Shown here one piece after another: positions 53,201 to 64,000 of a stretch of DNA of 64,000 bases. The DNA lies in the NCBI GenBank assembly GCA_964035545.1, contig OZ037769.1, positions 16,894,633 through 16,958,632 of the forward strand, in the 5' to 3' direction. A program made the translations under genes and the position numbers. Below the pieces are notes generated by a model. It was not told where the DNA came from. It ran no database searches and was given only the letters and a program-made list of their open reading frames with translations. The DNA is from Bugula neritina (taxonomy: Eukaryota; Animalia; Bryozoa). How positions within the stretch are numbered: the stretch's first letter is position 1; each line of letters starts with the position of its first letter.

Positions 53201-56200
53201 TTGAAGTTTGTACTTAATTGTTTAGTTTAAACAAAATAGAACAACGCAAATCTTAAAGTTTTAGTAATTTCTTCAAATCACATTGAAAGAACCTTAATCA
53301 TCTTCAAAATAAATTCTGTATATTTGTAAATAAACTACTTGGAGTTTTTACGAAGTATATAAATAATATGTTAATAAATATGAAGCAAGTGCGGTTACTG
53401 TCAAGTGAATGTATAACAGAATTCAATTCAACAAATGATTTTGGTTGTTACTGTTTAACACTAGGTTAGCAGAAGTTCTTTCTATGAGGTAGGAGGTTCA
53501 AACACCCACCCAACATCTCACAGCATTGTTAATATATTATATTAAATTCTCTACTAGACTAAGCTCCAACTGGACGTAGGAGCGTTGTGAACAGGCAACT
53601 AAAGTAGTGGTGTGATAAAACATACAAATATATCTACTAAACTCTTCACAGCATACTCTCCTACTTACACTCTCCCGGCATTATTATCTAGGTCAACCGT
53701 ACTTACACTTGGCTATATAGGTCAACAGAAAACAAAACATGCGTGTACATTAGACGACAGATGATTGAAAACTAAATTCGTGTTACTATATAGCAGCAAG
53801 TTTAGCAAACTATGCTCTCATGGTAACAGGGCAGCAGTACTAGTTGGAACTACCGAACCAAATGCTGTATCAAGCTTTTAGCCTAAACTATTTTTCAGTT
53901 GTTATTCTTTATTCATAATTTTGTTTAGAATCTAAACGATTAATTTAGGAGCATACTAAACTACACATGCTAGAGGTCAATTGGTAGATGTATGCTAGAG
54001 ATCATTTGGTAGAGGTATGCTAAGAGATCATTTGGTAGAAGTATGCTAGAGATCAGTGGTAGAGGTATGCTAGAGATCATTTGGTAGAGGTATGCTAGAG
54101 ATCAGTTGGTAGAGGTATGCTAGAGATCAGTGGTAGAGGTATGCTAGAGATCATTTGGTAGAAGTATGCTAAGAGATCATTTGGTAGAGGTATGCTGGGA
54201 GATGGACTAAAAGGATATACTGCCATCAGCTTTAGTTACTCAAGTATTCTGAAACACAGCCCCTTGTATTAGCCGAGAAGAAATAGTTATTTAGATAAAT
54301 CTGGACTATTGTAACAATAGCATTGTTATAGATGGCTGGTTATTAGTTTTATTCAAGACTTCATGCCTTCAAGCAATTTTTCCAACATTTCATTGTTGAC
54401 GGTATTATGAATTTCTAACAGCTTTCCTCCAGCTGTTTGTTTAAATAAAACATCACTGTATTTTTACAATGCAACTTTATACTGACTGCAATCAGACCTG
54501 TAAAGAAAGGGTATTGTGAAATGTCTGTCTGTTTGTCTGTGCCTAGACTTGGAGTGTTTTAACACATGTAATATTCATAAGATGAAGACAAAAGTAAAAT
54601 CATAAATGTAAATTTCCTAATAAATTATAGTAAATGTTTTCCATAATTTCCGACTGAAAGCAAACCAAATACAGGCTGAATGTGGACTGAATACAGACTA
54701 ATTGTGGACTGAATGTATGTAAACTTACAGTCACAGTTGGGAATGGAGGGTTTGAGAACCCTGGTATTAGCAATCTCCTCCCCTGTCCTGGTGTGCACGC
54801 AGTAACACTCACTGGTCTTGGAGTCGCACTGTATGGGCTCAAAGTCTCCCTTGGGGTCACACTTGGGGATGAACCCTCCATCTCCTGCCGCCCATATTGC
54901 TAAAATCTTCTGTTCGGTGCATGTGGCTGCGTAAACATGAAACACTGGTTTAGCATAATATAGTAATGTTTGGTAACTACGGCAACCAATATATTTATTG
55001 ATGACACAAATGCACACTATACCAATGTGGTAAACTTATCACTGGAAATAGAAAAGTATTTGCAACATATTGGCATTAATTTCTAGAATTTCAATTGCAA
55101 AACCACAGAATAAAATATATTTGAGGTAAGAAATACTTAACTAAGTACCCATAATAGATTATGCATCTATATGCCCATATTATGGGGGTGTAAAAGCTTT
55201 TTGCTAACAACAAGCGAAAGGACAATGCGTTTTTGGGGTCACACCACCTTTATTCATTTCAGTTGTGAATGCTATTAACTCTATCATATAATCAGGTTAC
55301 GATCAGGTGAAGGGGAATGGAACTTTATCACAATACATCTACATACTTGCTTACATGTTGTGAACCCAACTGAAAATTCGGGCATTAAAGTTGATACCCT
55401 ATTTACCCCGGTTACGTTTTTATGTAAACTGAAATTGAATACTTTTTCTGTGGCCCCATTTTTAAAAGTCTGAAATAAACTGGTCGTCATGAAAAGAATG
55501 CATTCCAATTCAAATTATCTGCTTAACTTATTTTTCAAATTTCATCTTGGTAGTAATAATACGAAATTTATTTTCATCAAATGTTGGTGTAGATTTAATC
55601 AAATAATATAATTAATATAAATTTGAGTTGATAATACAAGAATGTGCATCTCTTTTATGCTGCCGAAGTGCTATGGCCAGTTAGAGATGAAAAACGTGCC
55701 GCATTTCTTCTAGCAGTCAGCTTAGAACTGGTTAAAAGGTAAGCATGTCTCTACGTCAGAACTGCAAAACTCTCAAGGCTTTATGTGTTGACAAAGCAGT
55801 CATCACCTGACTATAGGAACCCTTATAAATATGCAAGTTCCCACTCTAGTAGAGTTGTTTGGGGTAGCGCTATGTTGCATAACATTGCAGAAGTCAATAA
55901 CAATATTTTTGTAGGTTTATAATAGAGAGTTTTGTTGAGGTTACATCACCTAGAAACTCTAGGATTAGCTGTCTAGACGCTTTGCAAAAGATTGCCAAAA
56001 CACAAATTACTCAATTTATGTCAACTTCAAAGGAAACATTCAGATGTACAGAAGTAGAGGCGCCAAATATTTATAGTATTTACAGAACTTTCTAGCAGAG
56101 TGGGTAAATGCTGCACTTCTATTATGGTGGTGCGAGTAAGTGTAAAATGTGTGCATTGGGCAACTTGGAACACTTATGAGCTATGAGTGGTTACAGACTA

Positions 56201-58937
56201 CCTACAGCCATTATAATGTACGTGTGTGTGTGTGGGGGGGGGGGTAAAGAAGGGAGCAGCTTGTAAACTAAATGCTTTGAAATATTACATTTTTGCTTAG
56301 TATATTTTAAACAACTTTTTACATTATAATGTATAATAATTGGAGTTGTCTTTCTAACTGTTCTCTTGGGCTGAGCTCGTGTTGCAAGTAAATTAGATTT
56401 TACCCCCTTAATTTAATTACATTTTCCTTCAATCCAACACTTTCTTTTCAGACAATAAACAGGCATTTACATATTTACCTGCATGTACTTACATACTCAC
56501 CTATTTACATACCCTGCTACTTACACACTTACTATGTAATGCCTTACATCTCAACATTATCCCCACTTACTTAGTGTCTCTCACAAGCACTGTAGGCATG
56601 TATAACAGTCAGTATTACTGCCTGTCATATGATAATCCTACATGTAAAAATGTATTTATTTAACTTATTACTGCTCTATACTTCATCATTGCTGCTCGTG
56701 CAACTGTAGTGTATACACAGTAGTATACTGTAGTATATTGTAATATACTGTAGTATAATGTAGTATATTGTAATACACAGTAGTATATGTTGTGTGTAGT
56801 ATGTATCTATTTATATCTTACTTCCCCTGTATTAGAGTTTATAGACAGCACCACCTGCCCCCCTCCCTCCCCCCCCCCCCAGCACTTGAATTGTGAAACA
56901 TGAATCTTGGTGGCAGAAGCTCTTCCAATCTGATAATATTTAACATTTTACATGATTAGCTGCACGTGAATATTTCCTCTAACCATCTACAATGAGTTAG
57001 ACTTGATGTTTGCTAACAAGCAGGGGCATGTGCCCTAATTAATGTAACATTTATTAATTTCCCAATGAATTGCAACTTGCATGCAAATTAAATATGTGGC
57101 AGTGATACAATCTTTGGCCTAAGTTTCTAAAACTTATCAGTTTAGCCTCAGATCAGCAGATTACAACTAGATAGGAATTTATCAGTTTATTTATGGCTCA
57201 ATTTAATGAAAGCTTCGCTGTCTATTTTCATTCCAACTCTTCCCATCTGTTTTAGATATATCTATAATTATCCCTAATCATAGATCTAGAAATATCAATA
57301 TTTAAAATAGCTTTGTAGAGCTGTCAAAATATCTGATGAGTTTTTCAAACAGAAATTTTGACATTTGCAAGCAGGTGTCTGTGTCAAGACACCCAGTTGT
57401 GGCTTCGGCCAATCACTGATCAGCATTTTATACCACACACACTTCTGGCCACTAAGCTATTTAGAGGAGATTTTATATTATATATGGAACTGACAGATCT
57501 TGATTTCTGGTTAAAAAATAGTCAAATCTTAACTCATGAATTTCTAGTGAGCTTTTAGCCACAAAGATGTTTCTAGAGAGACTCAAAGTACAAAAATACT
57601 CCAATTAGACAAACATAATGAGCAAGCAAACAGCGACATGAAACTGTGTTGCAGTAAACACTGCATATGTTTGAGAAATGGTGAAATATAAATGGAGTAA
57701 ATATGAGAAAAGCAGGCTGGGCACTAAATGTTCACGTCTCAACAATGCAGCCTAATCAACCAAATTCTTTCACTCTTTTTATTTACTACTTTGAGTAGAA
57801 ATTGACCAATGAGCCTTAACAACTCCAGTTTTATATTGTCACTGTAATTACACTTACAATAACTCCAATACAAAAGAAATACTTCATAGTTCAGTAATTA
57901 ACATTGTTTCTACAGAGACCAGCATAAGTTAATAGCTTTAAAACACCCCCTTGTAACCAGCCCCACATTGTTCTTAAATAACAGACCGCAATCTGCTAGC
58001 TCTCTCCCCTGTCACGTAGTGCAATGCTGCAAACAATGCCACACTGTGCATATATTCCCGTATAAAGTGCTGAACTGTAAAGTGTGACCTATATTAGTAT
58101 AACAACGTCGCAGACTGTATAAGTGTGGAGGAAATGCAGATAATACGAAGATACAGCCTTTCTATGGACTCATTCATAAGGCTGTACCTCATTTATCAAT
58201 CGTTTTGTTTTAACAAATTTCGTATTCTTATCTTTTAATTGCATGTCCTTGACATCACCATCTGCTGATTAGTATGAATGGCGCTGCCTGGACGCAGATG
58301 TAACCAGATAACATTACATTGATGAGTTCAATTTCCAACGGATCACATTTCAAATGGCTGTTTTAATAACTTCTAACCCTTCTAGAGGTACATCAAACAG
58401 ATCTGCTTTGATTAGGTAAGAATTAAGACTGGCACATGACAAAGTGTATAGAAGTGCTGTGAAATGGAGCCAGCTCAAGTTACCCTACATATGACTACCC
58501 TCTGGGTAATCTTCCCTTAAGATAACATACACAGAATCCAACTCAAAGTGCCTACACGGTGAAGGCAAATTTTTTCATGATATTTTTAAATGCGCATTTG
58601 GCTGGTTGCAGCAGCAGGAGGGCTGGCAGCAGTTCAGACAGAGTTCAAAAACTGAGAGTGATTTGAATAACATACTCGAGTCTTCTCAATTTTAAACTTG
58701 AAAATGGGGCTACTGTTTGGATATTCAGTTAGAGATATTCATTAGGTTACGTCATCATCAAAACTTTATTTTAGTTTAAACTCATAATTTGGCTGAAATT
58801 ACACAGAGTAGAGATCATTTAGTTTATGTTCTCGCAAGTATAAATTCAATAGAATACCTACCTGCGTTGCATACTAAGGTGAACTGTAGCAAGCAGAGCA
58901 AAGCACTGAATAACAGCAGCCGGTTTCCTCCCACCAT
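35279..58937 (-). CDS. Multiplexin (collagen XV/XVIII family): signal peptide, thyroglobulin type-1, TSPN/LamG, Ser/Thr-rich region, interrupted Gly-X-Y, trimerization domain, endostatin; about 1420 aa, 28 exons
   Basis: Phase-consistent minus exons: 58862-58937, 54729-54926, 52249-52388, 51891-52094, 51353-51568, 49901-49981, 48993-49049, 47321-48064, 46824-47094, 46123-46238, 45908-46018, 44374-44524, 44202-44284, 44046-44108, 42702-42818, 42244-42373, 41859-42073, 41384-41488, 40522-40668, 40347-40437, 40161-40207, 39881-39982, 38576-38704, 37764-37880, 37521-37553, 36644-36841, 35665-35777, 35279-35495. TSPN motif [17 protein letters not shown]; trimerization motif [21 protein letters not shown]; endostatin motifs [28 protein letters not shown] and FWHG..YCQAW..LAVLCIE. 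It cannot be called COL15A1 or COL18A1 specifically. Confidence 0.92.
37660..38085. repeat. Two intronic minisatellites (16-bp GTGACTATGTAGTGGT at about 37660-37750; 20-bp GTGAGAAACTGTGAGATATT-like at about 37900-38085) flanking a multiplexin exon
   Basis: Directly visible degenerate tandem units. Confidence 0.8.
42861..43439. repeat. 15-bp minisatellite (ACTGCTATACTATAC), about 38 copies
   Basis: Directly visible; explains spurious ORFs 42785-43496. Confidence 0.95.
48118..48202. repeat. (TAGTCTAC)n microsatellite
   Basis: Directly visible. Confidence 0.85.
48750..48980. repeat. 15-bp AT-rich minisatellite (TATATTACAGTATAT)
   Basis: Directly visible next to the donor at 48992. Confidence 0.85.
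52138..52240. repeat. (ACT)n/(AAT)n microsatellite in a short multiplexin intron
   Basis: Directly visible. Confidence 0.85.
53966..54197. repeat. About 25-bp minisatellite (ATGCTAGAGATCATTTGGTAGAGGT), about 9 copies
   Basis: Directly visible. Confidence 0.9.
54729..54926 (-). CDS. Thyroglobulin type-1 (6-Cys) domain exon, phase 1-1
   Basis: [66 protein letters not shown]: F-I-P-x-C, G-x-F-x-P-x-Q-C and CYCV (canonical CWCV), G-E-E-I motifs. Flanked by ...ACGCAG acceptor and GTAAGT donor; 198 nt. Confidence 0.9.
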
Positions 58938-60067
58938 GATGTCTACAAAAGTCACATAATATGTAACCATCAACTACACTGATATCTTCAGAGGTTACAC
59001 TGTTAGTGCAGAATTGTGGAAGTAGTATAGGAACATCAAACAGAGCAGAGCTAGCTGGTTTTATGTAAGCACCAGTGATAGTAATTTGCCATGTGATAGT
59101 GATTTATTGGCCAGGATTTAAGGGCAATAAATGTTGTACAGAGTAACAAATGTTTTGTAACTGCTGCTGGTGTGAGTACAAGCAGCTAATCACAATTATA
59201 ACTCTGGCAGCTGTACAACTTCCTAGCTAACAATTACTTAGTTCTTACATATCCATCAAATTATAACATTCTAGATCATTCCTTAGACTCGTAAATTACG
59301 GCTTCTATGGGCTCCTAATACTTGTCCAAAACACAAATTGGGAAATCATTTGTATTTATAAACTTTTTCAAATTAAGGCTTAGTGCTTAGATAAATATAT
59401 TTTTTGCGAAAATTAAAATGATGATAAAATAATTTTTAGCAGATAAGTGTTTGCTGGTCAAGGTGTAGGATATGAGCTGATGGGTCCGTAAAATGTCCTT
59501 AATTTTGCATAAAATGAAAAAGAAGCATAGCAGAACGGTAATGGCAGCATGTTAAGATAGGCAGCATATATGGTACAGTGAGGAGTACAGAGGCAGCATT
59601 GGCATCATTCTCATTGTCAGTCCCACTGATATCCTTAGAACTAAATGCAAGATAAACCTTTCTGCATGAGTAACACTACAGCCCTAGTTTCAATGACAAA
59701 GTGTGTCAAAATTAAAGGAAATGTATTTGTTGGGATTTTTGAATTGTTAAAATCTTTAGTCCTTTCAGCAAATTCCACCACAACATATTTTTCTAGTGAG
59801 ACAAAGGAAAACATCTGAGGAGCATACTGACAATGAGTTCTAAGGAAATACATGTCTAAGGATAATAGACATGACTGTCAGGATACAGGTTCATGGATGT
59901 CTAGCATAAAGGATTTTATTCAGTTAAGGTTTGTATCTAAGTACATTATCTGTTATGATATGAGGGAAAGTAACAATAGGGTCCTTGTCTTTAGCCTTCA
60001 GCTCATCAACGTGATACAGTGTCTGTGTACAAGTGTACAGCACATGTGGACCAAAACCCTGGTGTCT

Positions 60068-60272
60068 TCTCATACCCCCTTCTACTGCTTCCCATACCCC
60101 CTTCTACTGCTTCCCATACCCCCTTATACTGCTCCCCATACCCCCTTCTACTGCCTCCCATACCCCCTTCTACTGCTTCCCATACCCCCTGCTACTGCCT
60201 CCCATATCCTCTTCTACTGCTTTCCATACCCCTTTCTACTGTTTCCCATACCCCCCCCCCTCTTCTACTTCA
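60068..60272. repeat. 22-bp C-rich minisatellite (CCCATACCCCCTTCTACTGCTT), about 9 copies
   Basis: Directly visible; explains spurious ORFs 59852-60366. Confidence 0.92.
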
Positions 60273-63200
60273 AGCAACAATTGAGTTCAACAGAAAAATT
60301 CAAGTTGTTTTGCAGTCGAAGTATTCAAGACAAAAGTTAGTTAAACCTTCTAAATTTTTTAGCTAAACCATAAAAAAGTTGCCATACTGATGGAGCTATT
60401 GGTTGGATCTGTAGTGACATAGAAGCAAACCTTTTCTATATTCTAAGAAGCTATTTGATATATGTTCAATTTCTTTTAATTTAACACTTTTTCACAAAGT
60501 TACAAATGCTGTTGTACGCGATTAAATTTGAAAACATTCTAGTACTTCTGTGAATCTATAACTGTATAAGTGACTAAAGATAATAGACAATCACTATCAG
60601 GAGTAGAAGATTTTTAAGAAGTTAAAGATATCAGTTTGTAGCAACTTTTACTTGTTTTAAATCAAACTGCCAATAGAAATCAAAGGGTTTGCTTAGAGAG
60701 ATAAGCACGTATCTTATTTCATAGTCTACTCTGTTGCTCTATTTGTTTAGATGCGTTTCATGCAATATTCCAGAGTGCAGCTATTTTTGAAGACAGCTGA
60801 AAGACTGTTATTATTCTAAGATAAAATAATATAACTTGTATGTTGCTACAGCCTCGCACTATCTCCGAATTTATTAATTGGAGCAAACAAAAATGATAAC
60901 CAGAAAACCACAGGGCCCTCATTAGACGCCTTGCATCTTCACAAATATTGTGATAGATGAGAAAGTTGACTGCAAGTTTAAGTGTAATAATACGAGGCCA
61001 ATTAGTTGGTGGTTAGAAGTGTGGACTTCAAGTGTTTAAATAAAACAGTATTAAAAAGTAAACATTGAATAATTAATTAGTGGTGATCAGTCATTAGTAG
61101 ACAGTCCTGGACAATTACTAGGTGATTAACTTGGCAACATTCACTAAATGGCTTTGCAATACCTTCTGTTTATTTTCACTGCATTTAGCTCATTGTAACT
61201 AAACATTATTTTATTTCTTTCTCTAGAAGAAGCAGAAAACAAGTAGCAGACAAATAAAAGCAAATTAATTAAATTCAAGATTTTGGAAATATTCAAGATT
61301 CAGGAGCTTTTTTAAAGCCAAAGTATATGGTAGCCTCTATAAAATCAGTTTTTGAATGGAAATTGTTCAACAAAACTTGTAGCTAATGTTTAATCGAGTA
61401 AATATTTTGAATTCACAGCTAATTTTACTCAGTTATTTTCAAGAGAGTGTATGAGTAAAGGGGTGGATACTGAGTGGGAGTGGATAGAGAGTAGGGGTGG
61501 ATGAGTTATCTAGGACAACGGGCCAGAAACCTAAATTGAACTTCCAATTTTTTACTCTGACAAAATGTTGGATCTCCTTCTACTTTTGAGAAACTAAAGC
61601 CACGTTAAGACAAGTTGTTTTTTGTCGGCTTCAATAGAAAAAAAGTTGTTATTTCAAGTGTCTGAAGTATTATTTTTCTTAGAGGCCGGGAGTTATGTCA
61701 TCTAGTACTGGGGGAGTGAATCACTACCCACCCTTTGTCTGTGTTCATCTCAGGTTAATTCACAGCACCAACAAAATAATGCAAAGTTAAACGACCACAA
61801 TGTAACTATTGAATGTTTTTTAGACTTTCTAGAATTATTTCATCTCCAGGGACGCTACCTGACTAGAAAGAAGCAGTTGGAGTATATCGGCAAAGTATTT
61901 TACAGCATTCAGTACCAATTTGCTTAACTTTATACACAAACAGTTGGCATTGAAGTATGTATAATATACTATAATATATATTATATAATTATTATATATA
62001 GTATTAAACGATGTTATATAATATATAGAATATATAATATACTGTATACTGTGGCATGGTTTAAATCAATTTGTAAGCTATTTTCATATAACTTCATGGG
62101 CTGTCATATGGCATCAATATTTATTATCAAAAGCTGATAATTATTGATAATATTGATATAAAATAAAACTATTGTCAACAAACAATTAATGAAGTGCTGC
62201 ATTATCATTCCTCACATGCTAAAGAGTTAATACAGGTAGAATAAAATTTAGAACATAACCACAAAGTCTTGAAATAGTCAAGTTTTTTTCTACTACAAGC
62301 TGGGATATCAGCTGGATACGCTCCTATATTTATAAATTCTAAGTTAAAAGAGCCACCACACTTGGTAAAGCTGACGCACTTTATTCTCATCAAATTCCCT
62401 CTGGACTGATTGTATAAACAACGCAGCATAAAACTTTGTTGTTTTTTTCAAAAATATGTAATTACTTTTATTTATTAAAAGCACTCTAGGGTCATCAGAA
62501 AATTTGTAACATGTCACTCTATGTATCAATGTCACACTGTGCTCCTGATGGTGATAAAGCACGGTTTATTGAATATAAATTGTAAACACATAAATACTTA
62601 AGTAAGTTTGCTTTTCAACTTTGGGATTCAGGAATTCAGAAACTGATACTGAGTTGAAAAAACAATGACGACAAATTACCATCTTCAAATTTCTTTTATC
62701 TTTAGACAGACACTTACGGTTTAGCCAATGAACTATACAACGAGACACCAAATTGCAAAGGCATGATATTTATAAAACTTTAGGCTTTAAAGCAAATAAT
62801 ATTAGCAAGCTCATAGCTAACAAAATAAATCTACATAATAAATTTACCTTTTCTACCTTTAGTAAGAATTTAGGAACTCCTTGTTGAAATTTCAGACCGT
62901 CTTTATCTCGTCAAATATAATGCTATCCAAAACCAAGAGATTAAACTTTCTCTCTCTTCATCTATCAGACAACTTACATAAGATTATTTGGGAGAGTGTT
63001 AATGGATTCCTCGGCCTGTAATATACACTAGCAACCTTTTCGGACCCAACGCTGTGTAACATTAGCTGTATAATCCTAACGCACTTCAACTCATGGCCAA
63101 AATTGTAAGTGGGCGGAGCTTAAAGCATAGACCAAAGTTTGTTGTCTGAAATAACACAGGTGAGGGGCAGCTGCTTGCTCCCCCCCACCTTCGTGGCTAA

Positions 63201-64000
63201 AGATTCTTGCAATTGAAAGTATTGTTACATTCGAAACCTAAAGAATGGCATGAAAGAATTGAAAAGAAGTTTTAAATCTGATATAAGAAGAGAATAGATT
63301 CCATAGATAGTATCCGGCTACTGTCTATATTCTAATCCTAGATAAATCTTAGCCCAGAAACCTAGTGAAATGTGAGGAGACAGGGCTATTCCTTTGCTGC
63401 CATCATAATCAAAGGACAGCAAGTAGGTTTCATAAGATAATATTTTCTATTATTCTCTGGAGTAGAGTACAGCATGCAACTTTCATATGACTTCACAGCT
63501 GTATTACATAATGCAATATTTGGAATTCCCGATTGCATAATATTTGGAAAACGCCAAATATATGTGAAAATTCTAGAAAAATTGCTATGATGGCAGAAAA
63601 CCGAACTGAAAGCCAGAAAGTGGAGAAGCCTGCAGCACCTTGCAACAGCAATTAATTTTAATGTCATGATGCATATGACACATGCTGCAGGTGTGTTCTT
63701 TGTGATTTGTCATCGCTAAAATATTCATATTCGCAGCTATTAGTATTTCCAGGGGATAGCATTTGATTAAATCATACGTCAGCCTGTCGCAAACATCCTT
63801 CTGTTCGTTATTAATAGCAAGCTTACGTCTGAGGTCTGCTGTGTGTCTTTATTCCCTCTACTTCCATCTTTATTGTTAACAAATCAACAGGTGGTCCCAC
63901 TTATTACAAAGTCAGACTATATCCCAAGTAAATAGTTGTAACTACAATTAGTGTGTTCTAGTTGCATCATCTATCAGTATTAGTTGCGTGACTATTGTTT

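Noticed and set aside
59852-60366. Three overlapping Pro-rich ORFs
   Set aside because: Produced by a 22-bp C-rich minisatellite; no splice or domain support.
59000-64000. Additional gene in the last 5 kb
   Set aside because: Only short ORFs with no recognisable domain or consistent exon chain; probably the multiplexin 5' intron or upstream region.

Overview
AT-rich, intron-dense eukaryotic (invertebrate metazoan) genomic DNA; the species cannot be determined from the sequence. I rebuilt five protein-coding genes by hand from GT-AG junctions and checked reading-frame phase across every intron. (1) The 5' part of a DNHD1-like dynein heavy chain gene (- strand, 38-8269, continues off the left edge). 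(2) A complete MTMR14 gene, divergent from it (+, 10826-17544, 14 coding exons). (3) An intronless secreted protein (+, 18493-20316) with 46 tandem heptads each carrying an invariant Asn-Trp-Thr sequon, ending in a stand-alone uromodulin/GP2/OIT3-type D8C (D10C) domain. (4) A secreted Cys-rich/EGF-repeat/CUB protein (+, 21808-33613), one of whose EGF exons has an AA instead of an AG acceptor. (5) A multiplexin (collagen XV/XVIII-type) gene (-, 35279-58937) that appears to carry a thyroglobulin type-1 module at its N-terminus. Introns hold many minisatellites, several made by tandem duplication of the exon-intron junction itself. There are also two copies of a CAC...GTG non-autonomous DNA transposon and degraded tRNA-like SINE heads. 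Top candidates for new biology are the NWT-brush/D8C protein, the thyroglobulin-multiplexin fusion and the junction-seeded minisatellites. Family assignments come from recalled motifs, not database searches.
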